From positions 30,318,001 to 30,382,000 of the forward strand of contig OZ281494.1 in the NCBI GenBank assembly GCA_965637545.1: 64,000 bases of DNA. The letters are read 5' to 3'. Position numbers and translations under genes: made by a program. Below are positions 40,504 to 52,500 of the stretch, piece by piece. The stretch is from Phallusia mammillata (taxonomy: Eukaryota). The notes under the pieces are model-generated. The model saw only the letters and a program-made list of their open reading frames with translations. It was not told where the DNA came from and ran no database searches. Positions within the stretch are counted from its first letter, which is position 1. Every line of letters begins with the position of its first letter.

Positions 40504-43500
40504 ATGTCCCGTGTGAAAACGGTTGCGGGATTTTCCTGTCTTTCAGCGTTCATTGGAATGTTACTGTTGGTGGAAGGGGCTTATGCCGGTATGTCGTGCA
40601 CATAACTTGTTACTAGTGGTTCGATACAAAGCGCTAACATAGTATAGTATTTTCATTTAGAGATTTTTTTTATACCGAACCTTAAACAGCGCAATGGCGC
40701 GCATTGATATGTTTCAGTACTAACCAAGTTGGAGATATCGTTGTGTTATTGATGGTTGACTTTCAATTCAATTATTTACGGTTTAGGTATGTAGTGGTGA
40801 CCATAAACGCCGGCACAAAAAAGGGTTGACGCTTTTGCAGTCTTGAGATTTGTTTTAAGAACATACCTAAACAAAACAGTACATTTTAATGGACCCCTTT
40901 AAGAAAAATGCCCCCATGTTAGTTTTATATATTTCACAAAAATGGTAAAAATTATCCAGGCGTGTAACGTTTTTTCAGAGTTGACACGTTTACATTTATG
41001 AAATCCGTTTTGAGAACATACCTAAATAATACAATACATTTTAATGACCCTATGTTAGTTTTGTATATGCCTGGTCTTTGTCATTGACTTTTGATCTGAT
41101 TTATGCGCAGGCTGGGGACACTGGGGCCCGTGGAGCCGGTGCAGCGCGTCGTGTGATCGCGGCCAACAAACACGCCACCGCCGGTGTTTGGGAAGCAATT
41201 TAGCCGCAACTAGATGTCCGGGTTCCGGCAAAGAGATAAAGGCATGCCACGATTTGTTGTGCCCATGTAAGTAACATCTTATTTCTATCATAAGCTGCCT
41301 AATATTTGAAAACAGCTGCAAGGAAACTACTGCTTTCGTAGTAAAGTGGATTTTGGTAAATTGATCAAGTTCATCATCGCAAAACTTACGATAGCAACGT
41401 GCAAGTAGAGGAATGAATAGAGTTTACAAAACACTTCTATGGGTTATCGTAATGTGTCTCGCAACCAGTGGTGGGATTCAGCTAGTTCGCATCGGTTCTA
41501 TAGAACCGTCACACGAAATTTTATGAGTTCAGCGAACCGGTTAGCATTACTGATTACTGTCAATGGACTTTTTGTAACAGAACCGACTAAAAATATGACT
41601 TTGTGATAGAACCGGCTGACAAAAAATTATTTGAATCCCACCACTGGTCGCAACGTTTGATTAGAAAACGGAATCACGTGGTTTTATGACGCTATGTAAG
41701 CCAATTCAGAAATGAGAGTCGAGTCGGTTAATGAAACTGGTTTGACTCTTTTTTTAACTCACACTCGCTTCATTTTGTGCTTTTACTTTGCTAAATCTAT
41801 ACTTATATCGGACTTCTTAAAAAAAAACGGTTCGGGGCGGTTTTGGGGGTTGTACTTTTGCTTCGGGTCCCAATTTCAAAAACGCTTTTAACGCAAATTA
41901 TAGTCCTAGTTGGTTTGTCATTGTAAGCAAATGCACTATATCACTAACATATATCAGCTCCTGTATATTTGGTATTTCTGTTTAGCGATCAATTCGCTTT
42001 GTCAAAATTGTATGATTGCCTGTAAAATAAGTTTTTTTTTAAAAAGCCTGGGTAGGCCACATATGTGACGTTGTACTTATATTTCTTATACCGGTAAATT
42101 TCTTCAATAAAATCGTGTTAAATGTAAACAATCTTCTATAGGCTTTTTAAACAGTCACTACCGGATGAGGAACAAAGGTTGGGCCTTACCACGAACGGAT
42201 TCGTCATATACCAACAATTCCCTTCTTAAAATTAAGCCAAACAATAATTCAAACGAAAACAACGCACCTCATGAAATCATCTTGTCATCCGTCACGTAGC
42301 AAAACAACAACGCTTGTTTGACTGTCAAAATATAAACAAAACAAAATATACTTTGAATTTGGGGGGTGATATAACCAATGATTAAGCTATGGCAGAAGCG
42401 TTTGATCATTTATTTCCGCCTTCAGGAACAACAGTTTATCCTGACTCGTTGTGCCATGCAGCATACAGTTAGTTTCTTGCATATAACATTGTTTTCGTTC
42501 TAACGTGCTAAGCAAAACTATGACAACATTTAAAACTCATGCGAAAGTCTCCGTTTAAAATGTAACGTCTGTTAGCAAATCAAGTTTACAAGCTTAAAGT
42601 GATTCGGGTTTGTGGTCAAGGGAAAACGTTGTTTAATAACCTTTTTCTTATCGTTACGCCTGAGAGCAAAACAATTTTCAGTTAACCCCTTTCCATCCCC
42701 TTTCCAATTAAAAAACCAAAATGTAGTTCACCCCTCAAAGATAGCAAATTACTCCGTTGGGGTAATTGTCCTAAGGCTAAAACCCTCACTTTGGACAAAG
42801 TATAAAAACTATGTAAATCAAAAACATAACTGCCAAGGAACTTGGGTATGTAGAATACATGATGTAGACGTTTCAACAATCGCTGTTGTCATCATCAGTG
42901 TATGTTCGTTGAAACATCGGTTGTTGAAACATCTGGATGATGTATTCTACATACACACGTTCTCTGGCAGTTATGTTTTTGCTTAAACTTCCTTTTCGAG
43001 TCCGTGTATAGCAGTAGTTCTTAACCTTTTGGTGTAATTTCCCACTAAAGTCAATCACCCAGTTTGGTTTTTCCACTAAAATCAATTTCCCCTTCTGTTA
43101 TTTTGATGATAATGTTTGTGAAAACTTTGATGCCAAATAAACGGATTTATGACCTTTGAATATTTGAGTGAAACTTAAAACAACAATATATGTACCATGG
43201 ACTGATACAATTTCCCTCTGGAGGGAAATTTCCCACCGGTTAAGAACCACTGGTGTATAATGTTCTTGTGTAAAACGATGTTTGTTATAACATTCTTTTC
43301 TCAGCTTACTTGGGATGGCCGCGCATTCACTTCTACGGCAAATTCCACGTGAACGACCCAACGGCCAATAACTTTCGATGTTACTTTGACAACGATCGAT
43401 TTTGTCCAGCATGCGGGTCCTTCAGAGAATACATGGTAACCGAAACAAAGAACAAGGTAAATATATGCAAAGCAATAAAAAGTTCACATGCAGGACTAAA

Positions 43501-46500
43501 AGCAAATTCCAATAAGCAAACAAATTAAGCAACTTGCTTGAAACATAAACTTCAGTTATGCGATTATGCAAAACTGGAAAAGGTGAAGACTTGAGGAATG
43601 CCTCGCCGGTGAACTTTCACCTGGTCCCCTCATTTAGTCATATTGGATATGCGCTTAATGTGATCCCGCCTCTCCCGTCTTTTAAACCTTTTAAACGTAT
43701 TTCAGATGTGTCCCGTACAATACCATGTAAGCGACTGTAATAACTAATGATCACTTTCAGGTCTACAACTATACCAGCATCTCCCATATTGCCCCGTCCG
43801 CTAATCCAATGGGGAATGGACATTTCCATTTCATATCCACGGTCGTTACATCAACTTGCTGGGACCCGAAAAAGCAATGCACGATTAAAAACGGCCTATT
43901 CGCACGACCCCTTAAAGGTATGTAGTAAAAACACCAAACAATAAGCATGTCAGTTAATTTGTAGACATTTAGGCTTTAAAGGTATGTAGAAAATGCAAAT
44001 AGCAAATTACTTTAACATGTAGTTGTGTTAAAAGTAAAAGAAAACATGTAGTTGATCATTTTTTTACTTTTAATGCACTATTTTGGACGTTTTTTTTTCC
44101 TATAATAAACTTAATGTTGAAATTTCTAAGATACTATAAAATGAAACATGTGAAAACAGGCTTGTACTAAGCTTATGTACAATGTAGGCAACATCAAACA
44201 TCCCATGCTCCTATCAAAATCAAGCTTATCCTGACCAATCAGTTTTAATTAATTTGAGTGCATACTTTTGTATTATTGAAGTTCGGTTTGCAAAATAACA
44301 CCTCACTTAAGACATTCCGTGGCCAAATAAAGTTTACCGGCATATTCAATTAACAAAACAAAATTTAGGTAAGCACCATGCCCGAATGGTAGACTTGGAT
44401 CCAGATTGGCAAAGTACACCTGAAGTAATTGGATATCATATCACAGTAGATGGAGCTTTCTCGGCTAAAATGCTCAATACCCCCATTTCACACAACACTG
44501 AACGTTTAAAAGGGTAATTATGCATTTTTAGCTTTGTAAAAATTCTGTTCAAGTACAATCTACTTCAGTATATGTCTAAAAAAGATTTTGAATTCTTAAA
44601 ATGTTTATTATGGGGCAATCAGACGTTAGTGTCCAGCTGTTATACTTTTTGTTTAAAGGCTAATTGTTTGAAAACAAAGCAAAATTGACTGCTGACAGAA
44701 AGCGTCGCAATAAAGATTGTGACGTCACAAACATATAAGAATGTTTTCAAACGGTTTAGCCACCTCTATGAGTCTAGTCATACAATAATCTCGACTTTTA
44801 GCTAACACAAGGTAATCTTTAGTTTGTGTGTCTTGCAAGTAATCATAAGCTGTAGACCAGTGGTTCTCAACCTTTCGTCGACCGTGGCCCCCTAAAAGTA
44901 AGTTTTTGGCTTTCTGGCCCCATTTAAGTAACCCTGTAAGTCCTGTGGCCCCTTTAAAAATTTAAACGGCAAACTCGTGTTGGAATTCGGTACTAATTTC
45001 GGCTTTAAACAGGTCGAAAAGAGTAAACAAGAATCCGTAATCGTGAAAAACCTCAATATAGACAAATAGTATGTGAAATAGTAGATTAATTTAGGTAATA
45101 AAGTTATTTGTAACACACCCTTAAATATAGGCATTAAAAATGAAAATGGCTTTTAGTGGGTGTTTCTGGTGAAATCGACACTCGATGCAATAATAACCTG
45201 GTAACGCGGCTCTGGGACAAGGTGCTTGTGTGTACAGAACTGTAATAGAGTCAATATTTTTTAAAACCTGCCTCCTTTTCGACACTGGTGTGTCATTCTG
45301 ACTTGAAAGTATTTTTCAGGGTCGGTGACTCTGCCATGTCGCCCAGTCTTAAAAGTAAACTGGTTGACGTGGAATGGTTGGACGACAACTACAAGAGGAA
45401 GTTTCAAATGGCGAAGAATCTGTCCATCAACTTCGTCCTCGACGCATTGTGAGTGTTGTACTGTGTTATGTTTTAAGCGATTATTTTGGAAATTAGTTAA
45501 TGTTTCATAACCATTGTGGTTGACCGGTTGTTGCTAAGATTGGACTAAACCTTTTAGTGACTTGTAGCACAAGCCAGAAACCTGGCCACAACCCAAGTTA
45601 TTTCAAACAAAGTTCGAATTAGGCCCGAAAGATGAAATTGTGGAATAAATGAGACTGAGTTTGAAGTCAGGCCGAGTCAAGCCTTTCGTATTCAAACTTA
45701 AACCTAAACATGAACCAGACCCGAAAAGAAAAGTTTCTACATTGCCCCTTTTCCTTAACGCCCTGAGCATCTGTTTACTTTGCCTAATGTGCAATTCAGT
45801 CCTGCTTTTACCAACTTAAATACGATTTTTGAAACTAAATTCTCAATTTTTCAGCGACTATAATAAGCTGAGCGGTCGATTGACTGGCACAATCGGTATG
45901 ACGTCATCGGACGATCCGAAAAACCTGTTTTCTGGTCGAGTGATGAGGCCTTTTTACGCATGTGAGGACAACACTTGGGAAGTGCCGTTTTACGTTAGCT
46001 ACGAACACAAGGTAATCTTTAGTTTATGTTTTTTGGAAGTAATCATAAGCTGTAGACCGTAAGATATTGTAGATTGATGATCAGGGTGAATTGCTTATAT
46101 CAGTGGTTCTCAAACTTTTTTGTTGCGACGCCCGTGGACAAGTTTTTCTGGACTTGCGACGCACCACCAAACAAAAGTTAATGAGGAAACTTATTATTAA
46201 AGTTGTGTTTAATGATACAACAACAAAAAGCCACGAAACGGAACTATTCTGCGACGCCCTTGGAAAATTCAAGCGACGCACCAAGGCGTCGCGACGCACA
46301 GTTTCAGAACTACTGGCTGAAATAGTAGACCTAGTTGATGCACTCATTTGTGACTGTGAGGAAGAAAAGAGAAGACTTTATTTTAAATTATGTCAAAATC
46401 TGACTGGAACTGTTTTGACATTACAAAATGCTTTACTGGTTAAAATCGGGCATTTTAAAACAGAAAAAGTTTTTGAAATCTTTTCTTTGTTTGAAAAGAA

Positions 46501-49500
46501 AGATTTACTTTGTAGGATTTCGTCCACACGTTTAGTTTTAAAGATCAGATCACTGAACTACAAAATTTAAGATTTAGGTTTTTTATTCAGAAATATGAAA
46601 TAAACTAATTTTTGTGTTACAGTTTAAAGCTTTAAGGTAGTGGACTAATTAACTTTCAGAAGCATTTTTTTTCTTCAAGAAACTTGTCCTTGATCTGAGT
46701 GTGATGGTTAAGAGCGACATTCACGGGGATTTCAGTAAGTCTACGTTGAAACACGTTGATATAGCGGTGATGGATGCCCCGTCTGTGTGTCCATCGCTCA
46801 ACAAACAATGTTTCCAGCGGGCTTTAATGTGCGAAGGTCATAACTTCTTCTTAGTGACTCAAGGCGGCTGGCTGGACTTTTTAACAAACATAAAATGGCA
46901 AGTCAAACTCGTTTTCATGAAATACTTCTTTCGAATGTGGCTAAAGCATAAAAGAAGAATGCTTTACTTCTTTTTACCATGGGATAACGAGTTAACATAA
47001 CCCTTGCTCTAAAACCGACTGGCAGCAAACCTCAATATTCTGGACCCGGTTGGACCTAAAAAATTGTCCTAACCGATGTCGGTTATTTCAAGCCTTACCA
47101 CATTACAAATTAATTGGACCTCAAGTTTTGTCTAAATTAGGCGAAGACCCGGATTAACCGAATCTGGTTTTGCCGAGGTTTACTGTATGTCTACTAAACG
47201 TATCTTACATTTGTATTAACCAATAAATAAGGGACAGGGTCTCATAAGATAAACTGTGTGTATGAACTAATTTAATCGTACAATTATAGCCAGTAAACAC
47301 TGAGGATGTGTATTTTGAAAAGAAAAATTGACGTTCGTTCGAAAAAATAGTTTCAACCGGGCAGGTTTGCTGTGATTTTTATGAGGATAAAGTAAGATTA
47401 AAAACATAAAGTCATAACCCGTGTTCTTTTAACAATTTACCTTAACTGATAAACGTATGTTCAGGTACCGCAATTTTGGTGGTGTAGCTGAAATTTTGTT
47501 GGATTGGGCGAGTCCAGAGATGGTGCGCTCTATCGCCCACTCGCGGCTGGCTGTGGTGAACAGATCGACGACGCACGAGGATCTTCCATTCAAAAATAAA
47601 AAAATTGCTTATACACTGTGTGGCTTGTTTCCGCGCTATTGCGGGTATCTGAACGGAAACGGGAATGAGAGCTGTCACGTGGTGGCGTTAGAGGACGAAA
47701 TGGGCTTTAATTTTAAGGTAAGAAATAGTAAGAAATTTTAAGGTAAGAAATTGATCTAAGGTAAGAAATTGAGGGCAGGAACTTGGCCGAATGGTCCGGC
47801 GCGCCTGACCCATATACAGACATAAAAACCCTGATCGGGATTCGTCCCCGGGAGAGTCCTGGGTTCGAACCCCGTGAAAAAAAAAAAAAAAAATTGATCT
47901 CGGTGTCAAAATAATTTATGTTTAAAATGCTTCAGCTAGGTGGCATATGCAGTACGTTGACTTGAAATTAAGTTGCAAGAAAGTAAAATTTAAAAGGTTT
48001 GCGGTACATAGAAAAAGTTGTGAATTACAGATTCTATTAAAGTTTACAGTCTTATCATTTTGAAAGCATTTTCTTTCCTGTTCTCAAGAAAAAAGGTAAC
48101 ATCACCACATATTGCTACTTACACATGCTTATGTTGCAGCCAATGGGTGGATATACACACCGACTAGCGCGTGGACAGTCATGGAAAATACCTGCAGTGG
48201 CATCAAGCTTCGGTCGTCCACTGAAGGGAGCTAAGCTGCAATTGAGGCTGTTAGAAAGATCACAAACAATGGCGACTTGTAACCCTCATGTAAGTTCGTG
48301 TCCTACATCCACGGCATGGCATTGTTTATTAAACGTAACATAAGATCCTATTTTTCACCAACTGACGATGACATCAAAAATGAGCCTAATCGTAGAATTA
48401 TACAAAGGCATGTTTATTGGCATATGTCATGGGAATCTCCCTGATTGGGAACCACTGCTGCAGTGATAAAACATAACGCCCCAAAACTAATTTTGACCTA
48501 AAAAATGATGAATTGTTTTACATTAATTTGCAAATCAACACATCAAATAAAATTAAGATGATTTGTTCATAAATGTAAACTTCTGTAGCAACCGTGCTCG
48601 CCTTTTCTCTCGTGGCCAAAAGAACCTCTTAAACTGACCGGTCCAGTGATGACGGACATGCATGGCATCGCTCAACTCTCTGTTGAAATCATTAGAAATA
48701 TTGGACATCCCAGAAAATGCGGAATGGACGGACAGGTTGATGTTTTTTATCATCTTTTTTAGCTAAGCTGATACTTTTGATACTATAAAGATCTGTACGT
48801 TTAAGGCTTAACCAACAGATTTTCATGAGAGTTCTTTATCACAAGAAATGTATCAGCACATATTTTGTATGAACTTAACAAAGTATTTTTTCCACAAATT
48901 ATAAGTTGCAGCTGCAATTTCATACGATTTGGCTTGGGAAACAAATTAACTCCTCCAAAAAAGTTTCTTTTTAGTAGCTTTTACTTTTGCACTAGATTTA
49001 TCCGATGGGAATACAGGCAACGTTCACCGATCGACATGGGCGGAGTTTTAAAATTGGCGATGGAGGAATGTTTACCATCCGTGGGAATTATGGAACACTT
49101 CTCAAAGAATGTTCGCTTCATAAAGGGTATTCAAGCTTTGCAATGGCACTTAAAGTCTTCAGGTAAGCTTCAAAATATAAAATTTTTAATTACTACTGTC
49201 GGCCCAGAGTGATGAATTTTATTGATTTTGAACTAGAGACATTGATGAAAGCTGAATAATTTTCCTTTCAGAACGATCCAATATTTTCAAATTCGCCCCG
49301 TATTACTCATATCAGAGCCACAGTAATAAATTCAACAAATTTAGGCTGCGTAACATATAAACACTACTGAGAAAAAATATATTGTAAAGATTATTGTCGA
49401 AAAATACAATAAAAAAAAGATTATTCAGCAACGAATTATTACATCGCAGGAATTTCAGCGTGGTAATTTCTTCGCATAGTAATTTCATCGCGACAATTTC

Positions 49501-52500
49501 ATCGCAGCAATTTCATCGCAGCAATTTTGCTACAGTAATTTCTTTGCAGTATTTTTTTCGCGGCAATTCCATCGTGGTTGTTACATCGCAACAATTACAC
49601 CGGGACAATTTCATTTCAATCCTATAGGACTATAGTACTATAGTTCAAACAAAGCCACAAAAATAATAACAACAAATGTTTACTTAAAATAATTTCGTTC
49701 CGGTTTGCCTCTAAAGATCGTAAGTTTTTTTTGAAAAGAATCTGGTTTTAATACAGTTTCATTGTTCTTAAAACTACTCTTTCCTAAGAAATGTTCTTAA
49801 TTAACGTTTTCTTTATTCCAATTTTACTTCCGCTTTTTTACCGTGCCCCCTTAATAGTGTTTTCATGTAGTAATGAAACTTGTGTGTATGCAAAAACACC
49901 TAAAAGTAATGTACATTGCTCACATCTTTTTAACGACACATAGTACCTACTTTTTTGCTTTTGTTGTCGGTCACTAATTGTATTTATGTTCTAGCTCTCT
50001 GCCGACGACAGTGATGAAAAATATGTGTCCTTCGTGGGAGGAGCACATCAGACCTATATTCCAGTTCTACTACAACATGTTTCCAATTATGGCGAAACAC
50101 GACATCATTAACTTGAGATCTATTGAAAATGTCAGGTACACAAAATCTTGTATGTTTTTTTAAAATATACTTATACACTGAACAGGTGCATGTTGGTGTT
50201 CTCAAAATGAATGCACCAACCTATACCAAAACATTTAACAATTTTTGTGGCATAGACTGACTGATTGTCCTGCTAATCACAACGATTATAGTCTTAAACG
50301 GCGTTTAGTACTAAAAAATATCGAACCCCTTGAACTAGAGTTATAAGCGAGTCCAAAATTCGAGCCTGATCCCGGCCCGCACCCGAATCGTTTTTGAGAA
50401 GCCCGTTTTGTGCCTATAATAAAAAAGACATACACAATGGACAATAACAGACAATGGCTTAAACAAAACGTTTTAAGGCTGTTGGACATTAGGTCCAACA
50501 AATAACTGCTTAGCTGGGTAATTTTATTTTTTACCCACACAGGATGCGAAATTAGGTCCGAATAAAGCCCGTTTGTTAAAAAATCCTGATCCCGAAACTG
50601 AATTGACTAACACCTCAACGAATCCTCAATATAGCATGTTGCTTCAAATTGCCACGGATGGTTCATGAATTGTAGCAAATATGGTCGTATGTAAAGTCAG
50701 GCTCGAAATACAACTTTGTTTTAGCTAGATAGCTTTTCAGTAAAATTGTATTCATTGTTACCTTAACCAAGGTAAAAAGAATAAGTTTGTTTTGTCTTTA
50801 CAGGAAAAAGATTCACCTTGTGAACATGTCGATGTTTGAGTACGGCTGGGATCACCCGAACTTTATGCCCACGACTCGTGATTTGTCACCAGACAAGACC
50901 GAGCTCGTTAGACGGTGGATCGAATGTGAAGTGAATGGCCCACCTAAAACCGAAAAACCAAAGATTAAGTAGGTTTACTTGTATATAGTGAATATTAATC
51001 ACACACCTCAAAAACAAGTTAAGAGACAAGTTAAGAAGAATTTCACATTTCACGATTGCTGCATTAATGTACACTCTACAAGTTAGCATTGTACAAATGT
51101 ATGTCTGCTTTTTATTTTTGGAACATACGTTTATTGTTGCAACTCGCGAAAACTAAGAAAAAAACTTTTCCTTTATTACCAGTTTTGTTTGAGGTATGTG
51201 GTGTACACTCTGTTAACAAGTGAATATATATTTTTGGCTCTCATATATGAAACTTGCTTCTGAATATAAGCCACTTCTCGCAATAAAATCTTGAGGATTT
51301 TGCATCTTGTAACAAAAGCTGTATTTCTTTGTTTGCAGTAAATATCAAGCTGCCCGAGCAGAAGTTTGTGGTTCCGCTGAACAACTACGAAAAACTGTTG
51401 CACGTTTGCACGAAAACTTTCAGAGTGCGATGCTGCTTGAGCTCTACACGATACCTCCCTACCTCACAGCGCTGTTTTCACTGAAAAGAGATCGATTCAA
51501 ACATGCTTCTAAAGTCCTAAAAAGGTACAAGATTGTATAAACAGGCATCGTTCTTGAAAAAATTGTTTGCTTTTCCAATTAATTCTTTAAAAGCAAGTAT
51601 ACTGCCATTAAGCGAGATCTAAATTCTATGATTCTTTTAAAAGTTTCATTTTCTGATTTTTTCGCGACGAAGCTTTGCCTGTCATTTGATTTTTGACTTA
51701 TTTTTTTAGAGTTATTGATAGCTGACTATTTGACACAACTTATGTGATTTTCTAAATTTCAAAAATTATGTTTGGTGCTATTTTGTATGTCCAGCGTTTC
51801 TACAGAGGAGATGCTTCACATGTCGCTAGCTGCCAATATCCTTAACTCAATCGGGGGGAAACCGAATCTAACTAATGCAGAATGGGTTCCATTTTACCCA
51901 ACGCCGTTTCCGTCACGTGACTTTTACGAGGTTTGTTAGAGAAGTTTCTGTAAAGGATTGTAAATTATCTCTATGTACGAATACAAACCCATTATCAAAC
52001 TTTTTGAACTATTTAGATATGTTTTCAAACATTATTTATGCGTTTCATTCCAGAAAAAGTAGAACATTCTTTGTGTAAAAAAGTTTGGTTTTAAATTTAT
52101 TGTGCATGAGATATGGTGAATTGACAACAGTGATCGTTAACAAAAAAACGTTTAGAACTTTTTTTAAACGTAATACCTACATAGCAAGTTGTTTATGGAC
52201 TCTTGGTCAGCTTGGCTTAGCAGTAACTAGCATGGTTTGCTATGCCTAATGCTCTTTTTAATACATTTTAGATTCGACCCGGTTTAAATTTGAAGTTAGA
52301 ACCGTACTCCACTACACTAGTGAAGGAAGTATTTGCTGAAATTGAGAAACCAGCCCCCATGGAGATCATAAAAACACTGAACTCTATCGCTCTCCTGTGG
52401 CAAGTCACACCGCCGGACGAAGGTGGCAGGTGGCGAAAACAAGCCGAAAAGGGCAAAAAGAAATTCACTGGTTTGTGTAACAATATCAACACATTAAACA

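Noticed and set aside
46091-46570. 159-aa ORF inside the VioB-like gene
   Set aside because: Spans a MITE and AT-rich intron; flanking exons 46011 and 46680 join in phase without it.
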